Below are positions 52,749 through 60,488 of a stretch of DNA of 64,000 nucleotides, piece after piece (position 1 is the first letter of the stretch; the number at the start of each line of letters is the position of its first letter). Origin of the DNA: Candidatus Aenigmatarchaeota archaeon (lineage in GTDB: Archaea > Aenigmatarchaeota > Aenigmatarchaeia > JACPZZ01); assembly GCA_016195275.1 (NCBI GenBank), contig JACPZZ010000001.1, forward strand, positions 3,046 through 67,045, read 5' to 3'. Made by a program: the position numbers and the translations under genes. The notes beneath the pieces were generated by a model. It did no database searches. It saw nothing but the letters and a program-made list of their open reading frames with translations, and was not told where the DNA came from.

Positions 52749-53459
52749 TCAAATTACCTCCGGGATTACAATTTTACCAGAGCTGTCTATTTTAACCGTT
52801 TTTCCCTTCCACCCCTTGGATTCCTCAATAACATCGTATTCTTCCAAGTTATCCGCCAGCTTGTAATACCGAAGGAAATTGATGAATTTTTGCTGGGTAG
52901 GAGTCTTCGCACGGCCATATTTTATACCGAGCATCCCGCCCGGCTCAATATAAGCGTAAAATGTTTTTTTCTCTTTTTTCCCTTCGGGAGTTTTTATTGT
53001 TATGATTATCGCGTCAGATTCTGAACTAAAAGCCGCGGGTTTTTTCCTCCACATATCCCTGATCTTTACAATTTTCACATCCTCTATCACGGGTTTTCTT
53101 AATCCGGCTTTGAATTTTTCCTTCTTCGGCTCTTGTAATTTCGGTTTTTCTTTCGGCTTGGACGGCTTTCTCACAACCTCCTCCTTTTCAACTCTGGTTT
53201 CTGGTTTTTCCGGCTCTTTAATCAGTCCTTCCGGAATTTCTATTATGGGTTGCGTGGGAATTTCTCTATGTTTTTCTAGTTCTAAAACCACAGTTTCTTT
53301 AATCTCTGCAGCAGCTTTAGGTTCCTCTATCCAAACCTCTTCTTTTCCCTCTACGTCAACTTTGCTAATCTCCTCTTTTTCTTTGATTTGATCCCTGAGG
53401 AGCTCAATCTCTTCCTCTTTTAATCTTTGCTTAGATGTTTCAGATGCCTGCCAAGTCAC
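52749..53459 (-). CDS. unknown protein in the gvp operon, long paralog with a Glu/Lys-rich N-terminal region
   Basis: 236 aa. About 120 aa of low-complexity E/K/P-rich sequence precede the shared C-terminal domain. Confidence 0.6.
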   Translation of the reverse strand: MTWQASETSKQRLKEEEIELLRDQIKEKEEISKVDVEGKEEVWIEEPKAAAEIKETVVLELEKHREIPTQPIIEIPEGLIKEPEKPETRVEKEEVVRKPSKPKEKPKLQEPKKEKFKAGLRKPVIEDVKIVKIRDMWRKKPAAFSSESDAIIITIKTPEGKKEKKTFYAYIEPGGMLGIKYGRAKTPTQQKFINFLRYYKLADNLEEYDVIEESKGWKGKTVKIDSSGKIVIPEVI

Positions 53460-54526
53460 TAAATCACACTTTTTATAATTTCTAATTTTTTTGAAAGATC
53501 AGCCGTCCCCTTTGTCTTGGTAACAATTATATCGGTAAGGATTTGCTCTAAATTCTCTGAACCGGATTCTTTAACCGCTTGTCCAACCATGATGGCGGCC
53601 CTTGTGCCCGGCCTTTCCGCTTCTGGTAATTTTGCCCTTAATGTCCTGACTGCTTTCACAATTTCCTTGGCTAATTTTGTTGATACTTCAGAGCGGACCT
53701 CAACGATTTTAACCTCGGTATCAAAGTCGTAGAAATCCATATACACCCCTATCATTCTATCCAATAAAGCGTCTTGAGGTCTGTGCACGCCGGCATATTC
53801 AACAGGATTGCTTGTGAATATTGCCCTAAAATCAGGGTGGACTTTTACGTATCTTTCTTTCCCGAAATGGGTGGGAAGTTCCAATATGCCTTCTTGAAAA
53901 ACAGAAAGCAAAACATTGTTTGCTACCGGCAAACTCCTGGAAAATTCATTGTAAACTAAAGTGAAGCCAAACTTGCAAGCTATCGTAAGAGGGTTGTCAA
54001 CCCAATCAGCGCTCAGTGTGTCGTGGGATTTGAAAACATTATGGATATATTTGTCCCTCAAACTTTCAACTTCTACTTGAGAATAACCTCCGATCAGGTC
54101 TGTAGTTGTCATCTGTCCGTCCCCATTTATCCATACTGTGGACCTGCCCAGCTCTTTTGCCACTTGCATTGCTATCGTTGTTTTTCCACACCCCGTGGGA
54201 CCAATTATGTGGACAGGATGCCCGATCTTGAGCCATATTTTTATCCTTTTTTTTAATTGCTTAATTTCGGGTGTTTCCACAAAGTTTTTAATTTGAGGAA
54301 CAAGGTAAGCAGGATTTTCTTTAATAGGTAGACCTTCGACCCCTATTTCATCCGTGGGGGCCAGCGGTCTGATGTAAGATGAAGTTTCCTTAGCCCTTAA
54401 TTGATTAAGACGATGAGGCCTCAGGCCCATGATCTTTTTAAATTGCCTTTCTTTCCTTTTCGTTTGTATATCTTTGTGAACTTGCTCACCAATAACTTTT
54501 CGAGGATGATCAGACGGTTTTTCCAT
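53459..54526 (-). CDS. gvpN: gas vesicle protein GvpN (AAA+ ATPase, MoxR/CbbQ-like)
   Basis: HPVHIIGPTGCGKTTIAMQVAKELG (Walker A), LVYNEFSRS (Walker B), 355 aa. Confidence 0.9.
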   Translation of the reverse strand: MEKPSDHPRKVIGEQVHKDIQTKRKERQFKKIMGLRPHRLNQLRAKETSSYIRPLAPTDEIGVEGLPIKENPAYLVPQIKNFVETPEIKQLKKRIKIWLKIGHPVHIIGPTGCGKTTIAMQVAKELGRSTVWINGDGQMTTTDLIGGYSQVEVESLRDKYIHNVFKSHDTLSADWVDNPLTIACKFGFTLVYNEFSRSLPVANNVLLSVFQEGILELPTHFGKERYVKVHPDFRAIFTSNPVEYAGVHRPQDALLDRMIGVYMDFYDFDTEVKIVEVRSEVSTKLAKEIVKAVRTLRAKLPEAERPGTRAAIMVGQAVKESGSENLEQILTDIIVTKTKGTADLSKKLEIIKSVI

Positions 54527-54649
54527 TACATTACCTTTTTTATGATCGTTATTAGGATAGATAAGGTTTTTGTTTTGATTATTGTATCGAATTTCGATTT
54601 TAAAAATGAAAAATAAGCTTAAATATAGCCAAATTTAATTAATTAAATA

Positions 54650-54700
54650 GATTAATTAGATTAAGCTGGTTAACTAAGTTGAATTAACTGGATTAATTAG
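54650..54700. promoter_or_regulatory. four copies of a G(A/G)TTAA(T/C)TAAG-like motif in the divergent gvp intergenic region
   Basis: GATTAATTAG (54650..54659), GGTTAACTAAG (54668..54678), GAATTAACTG (54681..54690), GATTAATTAG (54691..54700). Confidence 0.4.
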
Positions 54701-54709
54701 CGTGATGAG

Positions 54710-54892
54710 ATGTTTAAATTAGAACGGAAGACGTCTATAGAAAAGCAAATGGCATGCGACATTTGTGAAAAAGCCACAGGCAAAGGCAGCCCGATGAATG
54801 TTTTCAGGTCGCCTCTTGCCTATACACATATTATCAACGTCTGTGACAACTGTATCCCCAATTTTCCCAAATCATTTATTAAGAAGGGTTAA
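54710..54892 (+). CDS. small zinc-ribbon protein, hypothetical
   Basis: 60 aa with CDICEK...CDNC, directly upstream of the PadR-like regulator. Confidence 0.35.
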   Translation: MFKLERKTSIEKQMACDICEKATGKGSPMNVFRSPLAYTHIINVCDNCIPNFPKSFIKKG

Positions 54893-54894
54893 AC

Positions 54895-55896
54895 ATGATG
54901 AGAGAAAAAATGTCAATTCCGGCGGACGGGAGTATAATAATTTCAAATAAATTGGGCTGGGGCGACCGCTTGCTTTTATTATACGGGGATAATGTAGATC
55001 CCTGTCCTGTCTTCCAATCTTTTGTAAATAACGGGTTAGCTGATGGGAATCTCTGCCTGTACGCTTTTGACGCTACTAGTAATAAATTATTCTTGGGGGA
55101 GGGGGGAGAAGGTCCCAATCTTCGTGCAGTCCCTTTGAGAAAACATGGCCCGGATTTATTAGAAAAATTTTATAACAATCTTAGAACGATAACTACTCGT
55201 ATCAATGCTGGAGAGCATAATGGGCTAAGGATATTGATAGATTTTGGTAAAATAATCAATAGTTCCAATTCAACAGATATCATAGATTGTGAAAGAGAAA
55301 TTTTAAGAAAAACCAAACAATCTTCGCGTATGATGAAAAAATCTTGGTCCAAACTAGGTTTCAAGCGTTATAAAAACGCATTTAAAGAGAAATTTCCAAT
55401 CATCGCACTCACAGCGTATAACATCACATCTATTGATAATGAAAGCATTGAAACTTTAATAGGCCTGCATGATAAAATTGTGGTTTCTGAACAAAATAAA
55501 TTTATCGCACTTTTGCCAAATTTTACTGGCAATCGAGAGATAAGCGTGAAAAATTCTTTAGACATTATTTCAAAAGAAGCTGTAGAAGAGTTTGTTAAAA
55601 AGAATCTTGAGAGCATAATATTGGCGATGTTGTATGGAAAAGCAATGTGTGGTTATGATATGATTAAAATAATCTCCATGCGTTACCATACCTTTGTAAC
55701 CCAGGGAACTGTTTACTCTATCCTATATTCCCTTGAGAAAGGGGGAATTTTAAAAAAAGAGACCATGCCTGATAATAAAACAAAGGTATTTATTTTGACT
55801 GAAAATGGAAGAAATGTTGCCAAAAATAAGCTAACGGAGTTCACCAAGATTTTAGAGTACACGTTTTCCATTTTAAAATTGAACAATCAATTTTAA
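54895..55896 (+). CDS. putative gvp regulator, paralog of 51270..52121 (degenerate KaiC/RecA-like N-domain plus a PadR-type winged helix)
   Basis: C-terminus ILAMLYGKAMCGYDMIKIISMRYHTFVTQGTVYSILYSLEKGGILKKE. N-terminus GDRLLLLYGDNVDPCPVFQSFVNNGLADGNLCLYAF. Confidence 0.6.
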   Translation: MMREKMSIPADGSIIISNKLGWGDRLLLLYGDNVDPCPVFQSFVNNGLADGNLCLYAFDATSNKLFLGEGGEGPNLRAVPLRKHGPDLLEKFYNNLRTITTRINAGEHNGLRILIDFGKIINSSNSTDIIDCEREILRKTKQSSRMMKKSWSKLGFKRYKNAFKEKFPIIALTAYNITSIDNESIETLIGLHDKIVVSEQNKFIALLPNFTGNREISVKNSLDIISKEAVEEFVKKNLESIILAMLYGKAMCGYDMIKIISMRYHTFVTQGTVYSILYSLEKGGILKKETMPDNKTKVFILTENGRNVAKNKLTEFTKILEYTFSILKLNNQF

Positions 55897-56076
55897 AAAA
55901 GTTTTTTTCTCGTGTCGAAACTGGATACAGATCACGATATTCTTTTTAGATGATCTTTTGATATGTAATTTAAAAGATAATGCTTAAAACAGCCCATTTC
56001 TATATTCTGATTAAAGTGTTAGAGACGAGAAAAGGCGAGTCTCTGATAATATATAAAATTGATAGGAGGGCTATAA

Positions 56077-56304
56077 GTGGCAACACCAACTGGGCCAAAC
56101 GTTTCAAGTTTGGCTGAAGTATTGGACAGAATTTTGGATAAGGGAGTAGTAGTAGATGCATGGGTAAGAGTGAATCTAGTCGGCATAGAGATACTATCCA
56201 TAGAGGCTAGAATTGTGGTAGCGTCGGTGGACACATTCTTGCATTATGCAGAAGAAATGACCAAGATAGAACAGGCGGCATTGGCAGTTCCTGTTCCTGC
56301 CTAA
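56077..56304 (+). CDS. gvpA: major gas vesicle structural protein GvpA
   Basis: GTG start 8 nt after [59 protein letters not shown] is the canonical GvpA sequence. Confidence 0.95.
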   Translation: MATPTGPNVSSLAEVLDRILDKGVVVDAWVRVNLVGIEILSIEARIVVASVDTFLHYAEEMTKIEQAALAVPVPA

Positions 56305-56370
56305 ATTTGAAATTTGGGATGAGCTGAAAAGCGATGAGTCCATTTAATAATTATTAGGGAGGAGTATGAA

Positions 56371-56658
56371 ATGACAGATAAAGAAACAGCAACTGGGACG
56401 ACTGTAAAAACGTTACAGGGGGATATAAAGAAAGAACTCCGAGACTTTGAGGCGAACAGCAAAGAATTCAACAATAGTGTTAAGGACCTTCACGAAGCTA
56501 TGGAAATGAAAGCACACGAGTGGCAAGAATACATGTCCAAAGAATTCAAGCCTTCACTTCAAAGGATGCACGGAGCTGTAAGAAAACTGGTAACAAGGAT
56601 GGAGAAAAAATCGAGCGAATTTCAAGAATATGCAAAGGTGGATTTTTGGGGAGAATAA
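56371..56658 (+). CDS. small helical protein after gvpA (positional GvpC candidate)
   Basis: 95 aa with a GGGAGG Shine-Dalgarno. Predicted all-helical and charged, with repeated E(W/F)QEY(M/A)(S/K) elements. Confidence 0.5.
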   Translation: MTDKETATGTTVKTLQGDIKKELRDFEANSKEFNNSVKDLHEAMEMKAHEWQEYMSKEFKPSLQRMHGAVRKLVTRMEKKSSEFQEYAKVDFWGE

Positions 56659-56704
56659 CCCCATTTAATTTTTTAATTGTGGTTTAAACTAACGGAGGAA
56701 GAAA

Positions 56705-56974
56705 ATGATATTCGGAACTGGTATAGATTTGGGATTAGCCCTATTGCTGGCCGTCGTGTTCGTAAAATATGCGGGCATAAAGCTGGGCAACAGGCCATTG
56801 AATCTTCTAACTGCAGGTGCGATGTTTTTCATACTAGCGGGGGTTCTCAATGGAGCGAACCTAGGTTTTACATTGCCAGCAATAGTTGACACAGCCCTGA
56901 ACACCATAGGCGCAATAGCGGTTGTACTAGGAGTTCTTTGGTCGGCTTGTTTGTTGACAACAGCCAAGAAATAA
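56705..56974 (+). CDS. small 3-TM membrane protein
   Basis: 89 aa with a GGAGG Shine-Dalgarno and hydrophobic helices throughout. Confidence 0.5.
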   Translation: MIFGTGIDLGLALLLAVVFVKYAGIKLGNRPLNLLTAGAMFFILAGVLNGANLGFTLPAIVDTALNTIGAIAVVLGVLWSACLLTTAKK

Positions 56975-57284
56975 GATTCCGGAGTACAGGTGTGGGATGG
57001 CAGGACTTGGGGTAAAGGAGCGTTTGATAGCTTGCCAAGAATTTAAACCAGAGCTCTTCTAAAATTGTCACAATCGCTTCAAAATACACGTGGAACGTGG
57101 GTGGGAAAATGGGCTTTGTTAAATACGCTGAAAAATTAACCGCAATTTGGTGGGTAAAATGGTGAAAAATGGCAGATAAATCAAAAAGTCACTATTTGAG
57201 AAGGGCTAGGGCGTTTCGGCGTAGAAGCATTTCCCGCGCTATGAATAATGGGTATAATAGTTATAGTTGATCAGGGCAAAATAA

Positions 57285-57617
57285 ATGACTAAAAGTACGC
57301 AGGGAGTTTACCTGAGAAGGCTCGGTGCACAAAGACATAGAACTAGCATGCTAAATAAGATCGGAGATTTTAAAAGAGAGAACGTTTATCCGAAGTTCAC
57401 ACTCATGCACGCTGCATGGAAAGAAGAAAACATCGCAGAACTGAAAAAACGAGTATATCCTAAACTCACCCAAGCTCACGCTGGTTATAAACCCAAACTT
57501 CTACCTTCCTTCACCAAGCAAGGGCGCATGAATTGGAAAAAATGGCATAAGAAAAGTTATCTGGATAAAATCGCATATGCCGAGGGCAGACTGAAAAAGG
57601 AAGAGTTAACTATCTAA
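57285..57617 (+). CDS. basic hypothetical protein with an internal VYPK-x-T-x-x-HA repeat
   Basis: 110 aa. ENVYPKFTLMHAAWK and KRVYPKLTQAHAGYK. Confidence 0.4.
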   Translation: MTKSTQGVYLRRLGAQRHRTSMLNKIGDFKRENVYPKFTLMHAAWKEENIAELKKRVYPKLTQAHAGYKPKLLPSFTKQGRMNWKKWHKKSYLDKIAYAEGRLKKEELTI

Positions 57618-57654
57618 TGACGCTTATTTTACATCGAAAACCAAAATATTTATT

Positions 57655-58140
57655 ATGTCAAATACTGAAGATCCAATAAAACCCCTGAGGGAAATAAATG
57701 TTCTTGGAAAGGGAGAGACTAAACAGCCTTTCCCGATTTCAGGAATGAAATGGAAGGGGTTATATTATTTTATTTTTGTGGATGATTTACAGCAACTATT
57801 AAAAATCAATGAAACATATAAATCTATTCGAAAACCAAAATTACTAGAACCTTTACGAGAAGTAAGATTAGTGGGTGGGGGAAATGTCGTAGGATATAAG
57901 CCTTTTCTGTACAAAGGTAGGCAATGTGTATGTATTCTTGTAGAACATCTTAAGCGATTAATAAAAATAAACAGAGAATATAGAAAACTATTGCGAAAGG
58001 GGATACGTAAAAGACCTAGGCCAAGGAAGATAATAGAAGTAAAACCCAAGCACACTGAGTTAATAGAAAAAGGGCTAGAAGCTAAAAAATTAAACCGAAG
58101 AAAAAGAAAATACCGAAGAAAGTTAAGCCTAAACCTGTAA
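57655..58140 (+). CDS. hypothetical protein with an internally duplicated domain of about 50 aa and a basic tail
   Basis: PLREINVLGKGE...YYFIFVDDLQQLLKINETYK is repeated as PLREVRLVGGGN...CVCILVEHLKRLIKINREYR. Confidence 0.5.
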   Translation: MSNTEDPIKPLREINVLGKGETKQPFPISGMKWKGLYYFIFVDDLQQLLKINETYKSIRKPKLLEPLREVRLVGGGNVVGYKPFLYKGRQCVCILVEHLKRLIKINREYRKLLRKGIRKRPRPRKIIEVKPKHTELIEKGLEAKKLNRRKRKYRRKLSLNL

Positions 58141-58472
58141 AAAGGATCAGGAAAAGCCCAAAGAAAAAAATTAGAAAAATAAAACCTAAGCCAAGAAAAA
58201 TTGTTAGGCCGAAGAAACGAGTCAAGAGAAGCGCTAGAAAACCAAAGTCTATTCCTAAGAAGAAAAGAAAGATTACAAAACCAAAGAAAGTTAAGAACGT
58301 CAAGCGTGCAAAGAAGCCCAAAAAAGTTTCTAGAAAAATTAAAAGAGGGCTAGAAAAAATAAAGAAAAAGGTTGTGCAAAGGAAAAAAATTATGAAGCCT
58401 AAGATCATTAAGTCACAAGCATCGAAATTGCTTAAGACTTTAAAAAGAATCTTTACAATAGAAAGAGTGTGA
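58086..58472 (+). other. Lys-rich (KPK/KKP repeat) ORF of 128 codons in the -1 frame with no usable start codon; possible frameshifted continuation of 57655..58140
   Basis: The frame opens at 58086, inside the A6 run 58084..58089. It reads KIKPKKKKIPKKVKPKPVKRIRKSPKKKIRKIKPKPRK... to TGA at 58470..58472. Confidence 0.45.
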
Positions 58473-58474
58473 AT

Positions 58475-58762
58475 ATGCCTGTAAGAGTGGATAGAAACCG
58501 CCTTAAAGAGTCTTTGGACACAGTTATATTGTCGTTTCTGAATAAGAACGCAATGAACGATAAAGATATACCAGAGCTTATTTATAAAAAATTCGGGGTA
58601 TATTTCAGTAATAAAACAATCAACGAATTTCTTGCTTCTTTGGAAAAGAATAAGCTGATAAAGGGCGCAATTGCAAAAAAGGAAAAGATATATTCCATAA
58701 CTGAAAATGGGAAAAAGGCAATCAAAGTGACAGGTAAATTATTGAAAGAACTTGGCTTGTGA
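58475..58762 (+). CDS. small winged-helix (PadR/MarR-like) DNA-binding protein
   Basis: LDTVILSFLNKNAMNDKDIPELIYKKF...INEFLASLEKNKLIKG. Confidence 0.5.
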   Translation: MPVRVDRNRLKESLDTVILSFLNKNAMNDKDIPELIYKKFGVYFSNKTINEFLASLEKNKLIKGAIAKKEKIYSITENGKKAIKVTGKLLKELGL

Positions 58763-59038
58763 TTGCTTTCTCTTTTTCTTATATTTCTTGGCCTCTACTA
58801 ATTCCTTCTCTATCCATCGCACTCCTTTCAGAATTAAAGCCAAAATAAATACTGGTGCTCCCAGTATTACAAATAAAAACAGCCCAAAACCAAGTAGAAT
58901 TAAACCAACGATCAACAACGGTACCCCTATCATTGCGGATAAAGCTAAAAATCCTAGAAACGTGCCAGCCAACGCCAACAACCCCAAACCAATGATTATT
59001 AGGACTACTGCTGATAGAATCTTTCTCAATATTTTCAT
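58739..59038 (-). CDS. small polytopic membrane protein
   Basis: 99 aa with 3 hydrophobic helices and a basic C-terminus. Confidence 0.45.
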   Translation of the reverse strand: MKILRKILSAVVLIIIGLGLLALAGTFLGFLALSAMIGVPLLIVGLILLGFGLFLFVILGAPVFILALILKGVRWIEKELVEAKKYKKKRKQSQAKFFQ

Positions 59039-59044
59039 ATATCA

Positions 59045-59342
59045 GTATTGTTCTTCGTGATAAATGCCATCGTTCTGTCTTGTCGATAGTGGTGGGTCTT
59101 GTCTTGCTTGCAACTATATGCTCAATCCCCTTGTCAATACAAAACTGCTTGAACGCGGATGTACGATTAGTATCATGGAATTGAGTTCCTTGGTAGGTCA
59201 ATGTCTGTACAGGAAATCCAAACCTTTCGCCAGCCTTTTCCAACAGCAATTGCGTTTTTGAATGGAGAGATGCCTCCTTCCGACTCAGACTGGATAAAGT
59301 ACCATGTAATAGATGCTGTATTGACAAGTTTGGGTCTTGCAC
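59045..59342 (-). pseudogene. fragment of an rve-type (DDE) integrase/transposase core
   Basis: ...LTYQGTQFHDTNRTSAFKQFCIDKGIEHIVASKTRPTTIDKTERWH resembles the TDNG.EF...GI.H...P.TNGK.ER region. The N-terminal catalytic Asp residues are absent. Confidence 0.5.
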
Positions 59343-59487
59343 AGCGTGAAGTCACCACAAATCGCAAAGGTAAAAATTTCAGGTATGCCTACAGATTGAC
59401 TGAAACAGCTCACGACTCGCTAAGGATTTAGAGGCTGAGCTAAATGAAGACACCGTCTGAAAAAGTGACCGAAAAAGCGAATTTAAC

Positions 59488-59703
59488 TCATTGTTTCTTT
59501 AAAAGACCGGTTTTGGATGCGTAATAGCCCGCGGCTACAAGTAATAAAATAACACCCGCGATTGTATGCACGGAATGGTCAAGGTCAAGACCAATACCTG
59601 AACTTACATGCACATTATGTGGGGCCAACAAATAGAAAGCGCCTAGGATTGCTAGTATAACTAGAACCACCCAGTCTGCTTGCTTGGGTTTTTGCTCTGG
59701 CAT
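59488..59703 (-). CDS. small 2-TM membrane protein
   Basis: 71-aa ORF with two hydrophobic helices. Confidence 0.4.
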   Translation of the reverse strand: MPEQKPKQADWVVLVILAILGAFYLLAPHNVHVSSGIGLDLDHSVHTIAGVILLLVAAGYYASKTGLLKKQ

Positions 59704-59836
59704 GATTACTTTTTGTTTTTATTGCTTATAAACTTCGGCAGGGTAACATAGGTAATTATATTCTTAACGCCCTCGTTAAGTAAGGAAGAATGCCAATCGC
59801 TGTAGATGACAGAAGCGTCATATTCACCCGACTTGA

Positions 59837-60394
59837 TTAAAATAACGGCTGTCTAATCTGCCTAGAACGCTCCAAAATTTCAAGCTTTAATTTGTTTATC
59901 ATTTCCTCTTCTACGCTTGTATGAACAGTTTTTAACCCGCAGTTCGGGCATACCATTTCCCAATGCTCATTGTTCGGAACACGCTCTATAAAACCTCTGA
60001 CTTTGATCTCCGTTAAGTGGGTAATTCCACAGTTCCGGCATTTCATCAAAACCTGAGCCATGCCTTCCAGCGTTTTCACAAGGCCCAGCTTGGTTTCTAT
60101 CTCAGCGTCCAAGGCTTTGTTATGTTCTTTCAGCTTTATTGCATCCTGAATATGGCCGACCATGTTTTCTTTAACGAATTGATTGAGAAGTTTCATCCAC
60201 TCCCTGTACCATCCAATGTATGCATTGTAATAGTTTGCAACCGTTTCCCTGTCCAATCCCAGTATTTCCCGAATCTGTTCTGTTGTAACTATTTTAGGCA
60301 TGTAAACCCCTACCATGTAGCCATACGTATACGCTTTATACCGGAAAAACATCGCGTTTTTCCGCAGTATTTCCGCATTTATACTAATTTTCAC
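59837..60394 (-). CDS. hypothetical zinc-ribbon protein
   Basis: CRNCG...CPNCG. The true start may be the internal MPKIVTTEQ. Confidence 0.45.
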   Translation of the reverse strand: MKISINAEILRKNAMFFRYKAYTYGYMVGVYMPKIVTTEQIREILGLDRETVANYYNAYIGWYREWMKLLNQFVKENMVGHIQDAIKLKEHNKALDAEIETKLGLVKTLEGMAQVLMKCRNCGITHLTEIKVRGFIERVPNNEHWEMVCPNCGLKTVHTSVEEEMINKLKLEILERSRQIRQPLF

Positions 60395-60488
60395 TAATTA
60401 GATAATACCGGAATATCAAAAACATATCACGGCGGATTAAAATACGCGCCCGAAATCTCCCAGTTGACTTTCAAAATCGATCCTCTTT

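Noticed and set aside
55929-55956. The inverted repeat AGATCA-N16-TGATCT, and GAGAC-N12-GTCTC (about 56021..56042), upstream of gvpA as operator sites.
   Set aside because: These are short 5-6-bp arms that could arise by chance in AT-rich DNA. They are noted but not strong enough to call.
58082-58408. 108-aa Phe/Leu-rich minus-strand ORF.
   Set aside because: It is the antisense of the AAG/AAA-rich Lys-coding frame, so the poly-Phe/Leu composition is a complement artefact.
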